64,000 bases of DNA from Sphaerodactylus townsendi (taxonomy: Eukaryota), in NCBI RefSeq assembly GCF_021028975.2, contig NC_059430.1, forward strand, positions 101,308,001 through 101,372,000. Reading direction: 5' to 3'. The notes under the pieces were generated by a model, which made no database searches, was not told the DNA's origin, and saw only the letters and a list, made by a program, of their open reading frames with translations. A program made the translations under genes and the position numbers. The stretch's first letter is position 1. Every line of letters begins with the position of its first letter. Shown piece by piece: positions 12,266-24,460 of the stretch.

Positions 12266-12655
12266 TGAAACTCATGCCAAACTCCCCGGGAGATGGGGAC
12301 TGCCCCCTAGAAGCAGCAGCACTGCATGCCCCCTTTGTCTCTTGCAATGTCAGAAAGGACCCCAAGGCACAATCCTGGGGTGCAGCAGACCAGATTCCAC
12401 TTAGTTTTCTTCCCTTGGCATGTGCCCATTTCATTTCCAGGAGTTGGCTACTTCTGTGCTTGATTTTCCTGCAGGCAGTTCAAACCCAGGCCCCGATCCC
12501 TGCTTCCCCTAAATAGATCCAACAGGTTTCAACCTTCTTTCCCTGAACTATTCAGGGGCAGTGTCCAGTGTGTCTTCCTTTCTCAGGCCTGCTGTTTCTT
12601 TGCCAAGGCTTCCCACGCTGCTCAAAAGAAGACTCGGGCTGCTGTTTTGTTTCCA

Positions 12656-12710
12656 CTAGGCCGTGGAGGTATCTTCCAGGTCGGGGTTTTCTGCCAAGTG
12701 CAGCTTTTGG
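12656..12710 (-). CDS. CCDC28B: CCDC28B last coding exon (QKLHLAENPDLEDTSTA*)
   Basis: Matches human QKLHLAEN; TAG at 12658-12656. Confidence 0.9.
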
Positions 12711-13742
12711 CTGAAGTGGGGTATTAAGTGAAAACAGAGAAGCCAAGATCTTGCCCCCCTCCCCAAGAGTTCTTCAGACCGAGGCCTGTTTCTGCGTAAA
12801 CAGTTACTATCAGAAGGTTAAATGTGTCATTCCCATACTACATCCACTGACAGAAGGAGGAATGAAAGCAAAGTCATGTCTTCATAAAGAGGGGACTGCC
12901 CTATTTCTAATTCTGCTTTACACTGTCACACAGATACATCCAGTTCCTTACTTTCTGCCATGGTGTAGAGTGGCCAATGGACAAACACCAGGAAGAGGCA
13001 ACTAGATAGGAATGAAAATCTGTGGACTGAACTGAGAGGGGAAGAGGGAGCAGGTATAGCCCCACTTAACAACATCTGCAAAGGTGTCCCAGTACTTTCT
13101 CCCTCGAGTGAATGGCTGCCCTTCAAATGCAGGGATCAGCAAGAGAGGACCCTACACTAAATGTCTCAGGGCTGTGTGTTGCCACATATCCAATGGAGGG
13201 GAGGGGGGTTGTTTGTGTGTCCTAGCAAAATGCAAGCCCTCCCCTCCCCTCTTATCTGGTATAGTACAGATTCTGCTCACTGACTATATTTAATAATCAA
13301 CATTTAGAGAGGAACTTCTGAGCATTCAGAGGGGTTCACACAGTTAACTTTGTGCTCCTTATCCAATGAAAAGCATCTTGCATTCTACATTATTAATAAT
13401 CATCCTTCCAACAACCCTGTAAGGTAGGTCAGCCAAATTATCCTCATACTGCAGTTAGGAGTGGGCTTAAAGCTGCCAGTGGGGAATCAACATGCCTCCA
13501 TTTTGAGGGCTGTAGTCCCAATCTAAGATCAACTGACTGTATTTTAGCATCAGAATAGAGACCTGGAGTTCATTCACAGAATTCCAGGCTTACATATAGT
13601 TTGATATCAGTCCACCAGAGAGATACAATGGTCTTTTCACTTGAGAAGGATGGCCCATCCAAAACCCCATCTGGATCACAGATTATCCCCTCCCTACTTT
13701 GCAGCATCAACTACCCCACTTTAGTCCCCTCAGGAAGGATAC
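12711..13742 (-). other. CCDC28B: U12-type (minor spliceosome) GT-AG intron of CCDC28B
   Basis: 5' splice site GTATCCTTCC; branch-site-like TTTTCACTTAAT about 12 nt before the AG; no long polypyrimidine tract after the branch site. Confidence 0.88.
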
Positions 13743-13765
13743 ATGGAGTTGCTGAGCTCTTCCAA
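13743..13765 (-). CDS. CCDC28B: CCDC28B 23-nt micro-exon (LEELSNSI)
   Basis: ctttgcag/TTGGAAGAGCTCAGCAACTCCAT/GTATCCTT; matches human LEDLSNSI. Confidence 0.9.
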
Positions 13766-13824
13766 CTGCAAAGAGAAATAAGAAAACCATCAACAAAGGC
13801 AAGCAACATTAAAACTGGCCAAGT

Positions 13825-14029
13825 TAGGGTTGCTAGCTGAGAGTTGGGAGGGATTTGGGGGCCAAGCCAGCCAAAAAGGCAGAGTTTGGAGAGGAAGGGG
13901 AGTTCAGCAAGGATGTGATGCCATAAAGTCCACTCTTCAAAGCGGCCATTTTCTCCAGGGCAACTGAAGTCCAGAGATCAGCCATAATTTGAGGAGAAAT
14001 CCAGGCCCCACCTGGAGGTTAGTACCATA
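13825..14029. mobile_element. hAT-type MITE (TAGGGTTGCCA family)
   Basis: Same internal sequence as 17760-17947 (gatgccataaagtccac..ggccattttctccagg). Confidence 0.65.
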
Positions 14030-14410
14030 AACATGCAACTAGAGCTGATGTTAGAGAAGTGGAACAGAATACTGTGACATTATAAACGTGGTTTTTGCTT
14101 GGCATGTTATAGGGCACATGAGTGCAAAGAACTTCATATTAGTGGTATGCACTGTACATGGACGATATCTACATTTACTAAGTGTAATACACAAAATGTT
14201 GTAAATTATCACCTGCTCTTGTGGTTTAAATTATATTGGACAAACTTCCAGATAGATCAAAGTTGGGGTTTTAGAGCATGAATCAAGGATATGAAATAAA
14301 ATCAGTGACGCTCCAGCGGGGTGGGAATTGTTTCATTTATCTAGCTTTAAAACCTGATGGGAAAAACATAGGATTTAATCAAAGAAGTGGATCTGGTAGA
14401 GGCTGTCTAG

Positions 14411-14540
14411 GGCCCCTTCCACACATGTAGAATAATGCACTTTCAATCCACTTTGCAGCTGTGCGAAATAGCAAAATCCACTTGCAAACAATTGTGAAAG
14501 TGGACTGAAAGTGCATTATTCTGCATGTGCAGAAGGGGCC
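14411..14540. mobile_element. PIF/Harbinger-type MITE
   Basis: ~44-bp TIRs GGCCCCTTCCACACATG.../...CATGTGCAGAAGGGGCC; 3-bp TSD TAG. Confidence 0.8.
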
Positions 14541-14961
14541 TAGGAAGAAAGCTTTATAAATGAGACCACATTGGGAGGGGGAAAGCTTTGATCCACAAGG
14601 CATTAATCTGACCTCAACTAGAGGCACTCAGAGCAAAGCCTCTCCTTAACATCTCAGTGGGTGGGTAATCTATCATTTGCAAGAATGGTGGGGGAAACTG
14701 CTGTCAAGCCACAGCTGACTTATGGTGATGCTGTTTAAGGCAAGAGATATTTAGGGGTGATTTGCCACTGCCTGCTTCTGCGTGGGCTGAGAGAGTTTTG
14801 AAAGAACTGTGGCTGGCCTAGGTTAATCTCAGCCAAAGCTTGCTCTCTGTCACAGAAGTACATACAAACATGTTAACTGCTTAGGGAGATTCACTGTTTC
14901 AATCTGAACTATTTCCAGTCAACTGGTTATATGGATGTCTAGAATACCTTGGGTGAATGTA

Positions 14962-15462
<501 letters not shown>

Positions 15463-15924
15463 TCAATTCTCATTGGTGACCCTTAGACCTTTTTTGCCCC
15501 TAGTTCACTAATTTTAAATATTGATTTTGCTTAAGTGTTTAAAAATGTTTTCTGCCATTTGTTAGTTGAGTAGCAGTCATACTATAAACTGACGTCAGTT
15601 TCAAAACCCACACATTGAACAGATGACAGGCAATGGGTTTTATAGTACAGCCACTTTAGCAGATGGACAGCAATTTGATCAGAAATTCAATCGGCCTCAT
15701 CGGGGTGAGAAGACTGGTCTGGGACTGCAGAGACCTTGGTTCAAATCCTTGCTCATACATGAAGCTCAGTACCTTGGACCCAGCCTACTTCACAAGGTTG
15801 TTGATAGGGAAAAAATGTGGGAAAGAACTTCCATAAGCCATCCCAAGCTCCTTAAAGTGAAAGGAAAGATACAATGTGAAAAGTAAGTTACTGGGGATAA
15901 CCACTCCCCTCCAATGAACACAGG

Positions 15925-16120
15925 ACGCTACCTTATACTGAATTAAGTCCTTTGTCCATCAAGGTCAGTACTATTTACTCAGAGTGGCACCAGCTCTCCA
16001 GAGTCTCAGAGTCCCTTTCACATCACATACTACCTGATTTTTTAAATTGGAGATGCTGGGAATTGAACTTGGGACCTTCTCCATACCAGGCGGAGGCTCT
16101 ACCATTGAGCCATGGGCTAT
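15925..16120 (-). mobile_element. tRNA-derived SINE
   Basis: Minus strand has A-box TGGCTCAATGG and B-box-like AGTTCAATTCC. Confidence 0.6.
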
Positions 16121-16853
16121 CCCTGAACCATAGCCCCTCCAGTACCAGTAATGTTTCTGCTAAGACTTGATACTGATTTTGCTTTCTTCCCTACTCTGTC
16201 CCAAGAATGAACTCTAGATGGCCTGTCACATGCCCTTGTCACTAAGAACATCCAAAAACTCTGCTGGATGAGACCAACAGCCATTTTGCCCACGATTCTC
16301 TTTGCAAGAGCAATTAGCCAGATACCCTCAGGAAGCCTGTAAACAGGACATTAGGAGAGACGCCCAGTACCTCCCTCTCAGCTGCTGGCTCTCAGAGGCT
16401 AGTCTGTCTGAACAGGGGGGTTCTGGTTAGCTAGCAGGGCTCACAGCTCTCCAACGTATTTGGCCAGTCTGTCCTTAAAGCCATCTTGTGATTCAGAATT
16501 CTGCCCACTTCCTTTCAACTGTACTGAGCTGGTTGCCAGCCAGCTTTATTTTTATCCATCCAGGTGACACACAATAAGTTATTTGGGGCCACGCAGCAAG
16601 TGGCCAGACTTGATGTCGGATCACTCAGCACAGACCCCACCTAACTTTTGAGCTTCTAGCTGCTGTAACCTGAACGCACTGAAGTTGCCTCATTTTACCC
16701 TCACAACAATCCTGTCAGAAGAAGAAAAAAGACCAATCCATAGCCATAGTGAGCTCAACAGGGATTCAAACCGCAGCCTCCTTGTTGCCAATCCCATGCT
16801 CTGCCAGTGACGGCACACTGGCCAAGAGAACCTTCTAATGGCACAGCACTTAC

Positions 16854-17023
16854 CGAACGCCTGCAGCTTCCCCGAATGGAAGTCGTTCAGCAGGTTCAAG
16901 AGCCCCCCCTCCATTTCGTACACGTCCGAGACATCCGTCAGGAAAGAGTGCTGCAGAGGGGCACCTACTGTGGTTCCCGTGCTGCCCGCAGGCTGGGGGG
17001 CTCGGGGCTTCTCTTTGTTTGCT
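16854..17023 (-). CDS. CCDC28B: CCDC28B coding exon 2
   Basis: PLQHSFLTDVSDVYEMEGGLLNLLNDFHSGKLQAFG; AG/GTAAGT flanks. Confidence 0.95.
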
Positions 17024-17335
17024 CTGCAACAAAGGACAATAAGAGGCAAACCCAGCCTGGGAGGCAGCAACCAGCATCACTTCCCCTTTCCGTTCCAATG
17101 AGGCATGTTGCCAGCAGGACTGGCCCAGTGCAATGTGCTTCCTCCTGCTTCAGGGCTAACTGAGAAGGTATGTGTGGAAGGCAATGGTCAAAAGTTTTCC
17201 AGGGTTCAACCTGACCTCCTTACAAGGAGCAACTGAAGCAGCCCAAATGATGGGATGGCCTCATGATGCTGGGCTGAACAGCCTCTGAATGCTTCACTTT
17301 CCACACATCTCAGATTAACCCACATAAATCTAGAC

Positions 17336-17483
17336 CAGGGGTAGGGAACCTGCGGCTCTCCAGATGTTCAGGAACTACAATTCCCATCAGCCCCTACCAG
17401 CATGGCCAATTGGCCATGCTGACAGAGGCTGATGGGAATTGTAGTTCCTGAACATCTGGAGAGCCGCAGGTTCCCTACCCCTG
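17336..17483. mobile_element. Palindromic hAT (Charlie/Buster-type) MITE
   Basis: Near-perfect 148-bp palindrome, CAGGGGT termini, perfect 8-bp TSD ATCTAGAC. Confidence 0.9.
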
Positions 17484-17543
17484 ATCTAGACCAATCTGTG
17501 CCAGAGGAATAGAGGCACAGAGCAGAAGGAAGGTGCTCTACAC

Positions 17544-17629
17544 AAGAGGTGTCCAATTGGCCATGCCAGCAGGGGCTGATGGGAATTGTAGTCCATAAAC
17601 ATCTGAAGCATCAGAGTTGGACACCCATG
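17544..17629. mobile_element. Internally deleted copy of the palindromic hAT MITE
   Basis: 8-bp TSD CTCTACAC; left TIR fused directly to the element centre. Confidence 0.75.
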
Positions 17630-17759
17630 CTCTACACCTATGCGCATGCAATACGGAAACTTTAGCCAAGCTGAGAAAGTGTAAAGCATCACACCACATC
17701 ACATGATGCCCACCAAACAAAGTCACAGGGCCACCTGTCCTCTGTGGGATCCATCCAAG

Positions 17760-17947
17760 TAGGATTGCCAGCTCCAGGTTGGGAAAATACCTGGAGGGAG
17801 GGGTTTGGGGAGGGGAGTGACTCCAGTGAAGTATGATGCCATAAAGTCCACCTTTCAAAGTGGCCATTTTCTCCAGGTGAACTGATTTGCCTGTAAATCA
17901 GTTGTAATAGCAGATCTCCAGCAACCCGCTGGAGGCTGGCAACCCTA
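17760..17947. mobile_element. hAT-type MITE (TAGGGTTGCCA family; other copies at 10458-10549 and 49939-50102)
   Basis: TAGGATTGCCA...TGGCAACCCTA TIRs; TSD catccaag/gatccaag. Confidence 0.8.
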
Positions 17948-18800
17948 GATCCAAGACATAGTTCTCTCCTCACTGGTTTATCCAAGCAATAATCGACTGA
18001 GGTAGGTTACAGGCCCAAAGTTCGCTTGGGGGAATTTGAATGTGTATCTTTCCAAACCTAGCCTGACATTCTAACCACTACACACACCACCTCTCATTTG
18101 TTTCAATGGGGGTAACATAAGTTTGCACCCTGTGGGCCCTGCCAAACTTGCCATCTGGGGAATCTGCCCACACTGTGTACTTCATCACAGAGTCACCTCT
18201 GAACAGGCTGATATCTGGGTCTCAAGCGGTGAGGTGGGGGAAACTGCTCTTCAATACACCATCATCAAAAAGTTTCAACACAACCATAAGGGATCCTCAG
18301 GTTATTTAAAATAATGTTTTCACAGAATTCCCAGATGAGTTTTGTTCTCAGAGGTGATGCAGAAGATTGCCAAAGATTTTTTTTAAAGGCCTCATACCTG
18401 GGCCCCTTGAGCCCCCCTAAGCATATGCAGAGGGTCCTTCCTTTGTGAAGGGATCAAGCTTTCATAAAAATGGTTTGAGGATGGAATAGCTATGAACAAT
18501 CTAAATGCCTCTTTCTCAGGAAAACTATTTTAAAATCAGAGTAAGAGATAAAACCACAGAAGACACCCCCCCCCCAAAAAAAAACAACAACAACCCTACA
18601 CTTTTTTTCCTGGCTTAACAACTTTCTGTACTGGTATCTTGCTAAGAAGTTATCTATCTGATATACCAATGAAAGCTTAAACCCTGGAAACGTTGGACTT
18701 TAAGGTGCTACTGGACACAAATCCAACCCTATCCAACAGGTTCCATGTTCAAATCCTCCTCACCAAGGGAACCTTTCAGCTCTGTTAGTCCTGAACTGAC

Positions 18801-18961
18801 CTCTTGAACTTGGATCGTTGCTTCGGTGATGGGATATGAGGCATTCCCAGGGAGAAAGAGGTGCTCTTGCTGGCAGGGACCGGCAGCTTGCGTAAAGCAC
18901 TAGTGGGCATCGGCTGAGCCAGGTGGGGCTTGGGGCTCCTCTTCTTCTTCTTCTCTTCCAT
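18801..18961 (-). CDS. CCDC28B: CCDC28B coding exon 1
   Basis: MEEKKKKRSPKPHLAQP...PSPKQRSKFKR; donor GTCAGT at 18800. Confidence 0.93.
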
Positions 18962-19183
18962 CTCTCAATCGATCATGTGTCTCAGCTACCCACAGGAAGG
19001 CCTCAGGGTAGGGGGGCACCAGGAGCAAGACCAAAGTCGAACTACAGGCAACACTTCAAAAGAAACACAGAAAAAAGATGTTAGCCTTGACCTCTATGGA
19101 CGCACCACATAAAGAGGCAGCAACCAGAAGCAGAGGGGCAAACTGCATGAGGAGGGCTGCTTGGTTGCCTTCATGTTCTAGTG

Positions 19184-19329
19184 CCGGGGTGGCGAACCTT
19201 TGGCACTCCAGATGTTATGGACTACAATTCCCATCAGCCCTTGCCAGCATGGTCAATTGGCCATGCAGGCAGGGGCTGATGGGAATTGTAGTTCATAACA
19301 TCTGGAGTGCCAAAGGTTGGCCACCTCTG
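19184..19329. mobile_element. Palindromic hAT MITE
   Basis: Palindrome with 8-bp TSD TTCTAGTG. Confidence 0.88.
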
Positions 19330-19330
19330 T

Positions 19331-19650
19331 TCTAGTGTGGTGTGGTGTGGTGTGGTGTGGTGTGGTGTGGTGTGGTGGTTAAGAGCAGGTGGATTCTAAT
19401 CTGGAGAACTGGGTTTGATTTCCCACCTGAGTGGCAGAGGCTTATCAGGTGAACCAGATGTGTTTCTGCACTCCTACATTCCTGCTGGGTGGCCTTAGGC
19501 TAGTCACAGCTCACTCAGAAGTCTCTCAGCCCCACCTGTCTCACAAGGTGTCTGTTGTGAGGAGAGGAAGGGAAAGGAGCTTGTAAGCCACCTTGAGTCT
19601 TCTTATAGGAGATAAAGGTGGGATATAAATCCAAACTCTTCTTCTTCTAC
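19331..19650 (+). mobile_element. tRNA-derived SINE (Squam3-like) with a (GTGTG)n expansion in the head
   Basis: tggtgtggtggttaagagc A-box region, gggtttgattt B-box, (CTT)n tail; related copy at 49630-49890. Confidence 0.7.
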
Positions 19651-19809
19651 TACTCAGGAACTCTGCAGAGATACCTGGCTGGCCATGCTTGGAAAAAGGA
19701 TACTGGGCTAAAGGCACTGGGCTCTGTAGGGCACTGAATTAGATTTTTACCTTTCTAATTGCAAATGCACACATACCCTACAAAAATGAAACCATCCTGA
19801 ACTGGTTGA

Positions 19810-20030
19810 ACCCTGACCTGTATGGCCCCAGCTATGTTGATCTCATTAGATCTTAGATGTTCAGCAAGGGTTGGCCTTGGTTAATTCTTGGATAGGAAAC
19901 CGCTAAGGGAGTCTGGGGTTGCTACTCAGAGGCAGGCAATGGTGAGCTACCTCTGCTCACCTCTTGCCTTGGCATCCCTATAGGGTAGCCACAAGTCAGC
20001 TGCAACTTGATGGCACTTTCTACCACCACC
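19810..20030 (+). mobile_element. 5S rRNA-derived SINE with RTE/BovB-type tail (copies near 29300-29480, 30010-30215, 33667-33845, 50670-50850 and 63680-63770 minus)
   Basis: Head resembles the 5S internal promoter (gaagctaagcagggt..cctggttagtacttggatgggagacc); tail ggcaatggcaaaccacctct..gtcagctgcaacttgatggcac. Confidence 0.65.
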
Positions 20031-22115
20031 AAACTGGCGGATTCTGTTCTTCCCTAAAAGAGGGTTTCGAGGGACACACTGGAAAATCTTTTCTGTGAGG
20101 AAGCTCCAAATCTCTGAACACAGTTCCCAAAGCAAGGTTCCTTCCTCCGGATCAATGTAAAAGATAGTTGAAAGGTGGAAACTCAGAACAGCCCATTTGT
20201 AAATGAGAGGGGTGTGTGTGTGAAAATCAGAGCCACTATGATGTTGGGTCGAGGACATGGAAGAAATAAAATACAGAACTTCAGACAGTGATGAGAACAG
20301 TCTCCTAAAAGCTCATGGCTGGGAATCTAAATGGGAGTTGGGGAGAAATCAAGCCAGCACCATTTGATGGTAAAGAGGCAATTTTGTCTGCCCACACTAT
20401 CTATAATGCACACCTCAGAACCTTTTTCTATGACAAGATGCAGTAAAGGCCACTGCTAGATAAACAGTCCATTTAACAAAGATGGACAGGCAACAGGGAT
20501 TTCTTAAATGGTGCCACTTCAGGTTGCAGAGGTGGAGACGCTTCTAGGATAAGTGTCCACTATAAAAACTTCTTTGAGCACAAAGTTAGCATAACAGTAA
20601 GAAAGTTCTGACCAGTTGGTTTTCTATATGGAGTGATGTGCCATCAAAAACAAACTTCTTCATATGGCGAGTGCAAGCACACAACCTTTTTAATTGCAGC
20701 CTATAACAGTTTTATAAATACACAAATCATGATAGCAAACACAACTTCCAAGGTCAGTGACAGATGATAAGCAGAGGTTCATTCCTGCCCTGTCTGTGGT
20801 CTTCCCAGGGTCATTAGTCTGGCCACTTTGGAAACAAAACTGGGGAAGATGGACCTTTAGTGTGATCCAGCAGGGATCTTTTTATGCTGCACCGCTTATC
20901 ATCAGTCCAAGTCTTTATCAACATGGCCTTGAACAGAATTATGATGAAATCAAGCCTGGGCTTTGTCCTTTCCCCTCAGGAAAACTCCCCACCTTGCCAT
21001 GCGGCCCTTCAACCCTTTGAAGTGGCCAGTTGGCTCCTATTTTTTGTGTTGGGTAAATTTCCACAGCCTTTCCGGTTTCTCCATCCGGAGATCAAAGCTA
21101 GCTGTCATGTTGGTGTGATTTTGCCTGTTGGAATTACAGGATGCAACTGCATCACAAGAATCATAAAGAAATATGTATAATTGCAATATTCTGTATTTTA
21201 TGTTTTTTAAAAAATCCTGTGTTGGTCTTGGACAGTGAATAAATCTTGACTGATTGACTGGCTGCTCAGCCAGGACCCCATTAACCACCACAGCAGAAGA
21301 TGACCAAGGCACAAAATTCCTCCCATTGTGGTTGCGAAGGTGGTGAGAGGTTCCAGTCTGCTCCTGAATCCCTGTTGTGACAACAAGGCAAGGTAGCCGC
21401 CCTGAATCTTGCCAGGGGCTGCCACAGACCCCTTTAAAATCCATGTCAAGTACCAGTTCATTCAAGAAAATGTAAACAAAACAGGTTTTAAGCTAGTTCA
21501 GGGGTTGCTATCCCAGAGTAAAAAAATACCGAAGTGCACCCCTGTACCATTAGCTTCCCCCTCCAGCTCTGTGAGAGAGAAGGAAGCCTGGTTGTTATGT
21601 AGGTACTTAGTTGAAAAACACATGTGAATCAGAGGCCAGCAGTCTCCTCTTTGACATGTTACCTTTCTAAGTCAAGGAGATTTTTTAAAATACAGGGAAT
21701 ATTCCAACATGTGACCCCCCCCCCCACCAACTCTAATATGGTACAGTCCCGTCACAGCCTCAACTGCCTAGTGATTTTGTAGTTCAGCAATACCTTAAAT
21801 TATAATGCCCCTCCTTTTCACAAGAAATTATCTGCAGAAACGACATGGCTTGGAGCTTTTCTGGTTTAGCAAAGATTTACTAAGTAGCCCCTTTTCTACA
21901 CCCTCACCCCTCAGTTGTTCAGCATTTGTATTCAAGGGGGGCACGTGGATTAGGAGATAGAAGGCAAAAGTCCCGTTGGTCTCCCATCCATGAACAGCAA
22001 CTTGTTGCCGCTGATCTGTAACCCTCTCAGCTGCCCTGTCATTATATACATTGCATTCCTCCGATCCCTCTTCCCTTCAAAAGCCAGTAATGGCTGAGCC
22101 CAGTTATATACTACA

Positions 22116-23118
22116 CTAGCGAGGCTCGGCCACGTGTTGCTGTGGCTTATTGCAGTGAAATGGGAAAGGAACAATAGCAGCCAATCAATTGCAGAGGCCA
22201 GCAGTACGTGCTCATGCAAACACGCAGCCTGATACTGTGCGATGTCATTGATGTGCATGCCTGCATTCCTTGGGGGGGGGGGGGATGGAAAGGCTCCCCT
22301 CCCACACATCTAGGCTGGCTGGTCATGATCCTTTACCTGGGAGTAAGTTTGGTTGGTGGCAATTGGTGTCGCTTCTGAGGAAACCCTCTGAGGGGCGCGA
22401 CGCAGCCATTCAAAGTATGTCATGGTTGCTGTACCGAGCTTACTCCTGAGTAACGCGTGCCTGGTTTTCTTAACTGTAATCGCAGTATTCAGGGAATCTA
22501 GGGTGCCTGGCCCCTTCCTCCCGTCCCTTGCATGTCACCCCTCACTCTCTTCCCTCCCTCACTTCTCTTCCCTTGCATGCCACCCCTCCCCCTCCCTCCC
22601 TTCCCTTTCCCTCTGCTAGGGTGGGTGGGTCATATCAAGATGCTGGGCCCCCTGTCTCCCCTCCCTTGCATGCCACCCCTCACTGTCTCCCCTCTCTCAC
22701 TTCTCTTCCCTTGCATGGCTTCCCCTCCGTCCCTTTCCTCTCCCTCCCTCTCTTCCCTTGCATGCCACCCCTCCCTCTCCCTCCCTTCCCTCTCCCTTGT
22801 GTGTATGTGTGTGTATGTGTTTCACTGCCTATGTACTGTTTTTACTGCTAATATCTGGCCATCTGAGGGAACATTCTAAGCAGCAGGAACATTCTAAGGG
22901 TGACAGTTACACACAGGCAGCTGCATGTCCTTCACCATGGAGTGCCAGGAAAAAGGCATTTTACCTGGGCCAGGTGTGAAATTTCAGGTATGTGAACATC
23001 TAAAAACACTCTCACCTGGCTCACTATAGTGGCTGGGAATTTTCAGAGGAATTGGCCCAGCAGTTACTGCGTTATACTATCATCAACAAAAACACTGTTA
23101 GCTTTTTATATATATAGA
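22116..23118 (-). mobile_element. Non-autonomous Helitron
   Basis: Minus strand: A|TCTATATATATAAAAAGC ... hairpin GCCAC-AGCAACAC-GTGGC ... CTAG|T, no TSD; internal CT-rich minisatellite at 22510-22800. Confidence 0.8.
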
Positions 23119-23899
23119 TAGCCAAAGAATTGGAAAAAAGAAAAAAGGAGTCTTGCAGCACCCTACAGACAATTGGGTGGATTCTGGCAGAAGCTTCCAT
23201 AGGTCCAGTTAACTGGATGCATGAAATGACTTTGCAAAAGGCAGCAGGAACACAAACTGCCGAGGGGAAGGAATTGCAAAGAGTGGGGCTGAAAGACTCC
23301 TAGGGCAATTCTATGCAAAACTATACAAGCACAATGGATGCTGGTCATCACCGTAATCAGGGATATAACACAGTCTACCCCATTACAGCAAATAATTTTA
23401 CACCTCTCATGGTTAAGAAAGGAAATCATCTCCGTTAAGAAAGTGGTCCCCGATTCCCTGGTTATCACCATTAATAATTATTTATTTAGCAGCCAGTCTC
23501 CATCGAAAGGTTCTTTCTTGAAGACTTTCAGGCCAGCAACAGATCTCTGTTGCCCTGAGAGACGCCACTTCATGCTGCTGCCCTTGACAGCTTCCGCCCC
23601 ACAACCCTGCGGCTGATCTTTAAGGTACCACAGAAAGACCCCTTTTCGCTTTTGCCCCTGCAGATCGGCAAAACGGCCCCGCTAAAATCTGTGAACGAGC
23701 CCTTTAAAATAATCCAACAGAGCAATCCCCCCTCCCACACTATAACGACTTCTCAGCTCAAGACTCTTCCGCTCGTTTCAGCATCCTGCAAAGGAACAAT
23801 GAAAGACAGAGAGGGGGAAGATTGATTGACACGCGGTAGATTGCAGGGGGAGCGGGGTGGTGGGGGTTGCAGCTGGCTGCTGGGGAGTGGCGTTGCATC

Positions 23900-24460
23900 C
23901 CCCCCCCCCCCCACCAATATGCCCGCCTGTTTTCGCACAGGGAAGGCTAAAAGTGGAGCAGCTGCACTGCCCGTCCCCCCGCCCCCGCCCGCCTTCCAAC
24001 GGGGCCGCGGTTTCCAGCGCGGGCAGGCCAAACTGACCTCGGAGCAAGCAGAGGCCAGAGCGGCGGCCCCGGTGCAAAGAGGACACCAGCACCGACCAAG
24101 GCCCGGGACCCTCCCCGAGCGTGCGAAGATCGCCTTTACCTTGGCGAAGGCCCGCGCCGTTCTTTCCCCCTCGTCAGCTTTCGTTGGAACCCCGACCTCA
24201 AGTCCTAGTCTAGTGGGCCTCAGGGCACGTGCAGAGTGCAGCCTCAGCCAGACGTCCCCGGCCTAGATCTGCTCCCCCTTCGTGCTTCTCAACTGCAGTC
24301 TTTCTCACGCACAAAGACTGCAGAGCTGCAACTGGGACCACCCCCTTTATGCCCCCTCCCCTCCCTGCTTGGTTAAGTTGCTGCAAAAAATGAAAGGTGT
24401 CACCTTGAGCCAAACTGGAACTACACTCTGCAGAATAGAAGTTGCCTTAGCATCAGGTTT
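23900..24460 (-). promoter_or_regulatory. CCDC28B: CpG-rich promoter and probable non-coding exon 1 of CCDC28B
   Basis: CpG-dense region with GC boxes (ccccgccccc near 23975-23990), candidate donor AAG/GTAAAG at 24139, X-box-like GTTGCCTTAGCATC at 24441-24454. Confidence 0.6.

Noticed and set aside
17336-17483. Long hairpins as miRNA precursors
   Set aside because: TIRs, 8-bp TSDs and multiple copies identify them as MITEs; no expression evidence.
23826-24266. 146-aa ORF in the CpG island
   Set aside because: Expected from stop-codon scarcity in GC-rich promoter DNA; no homology recognised.
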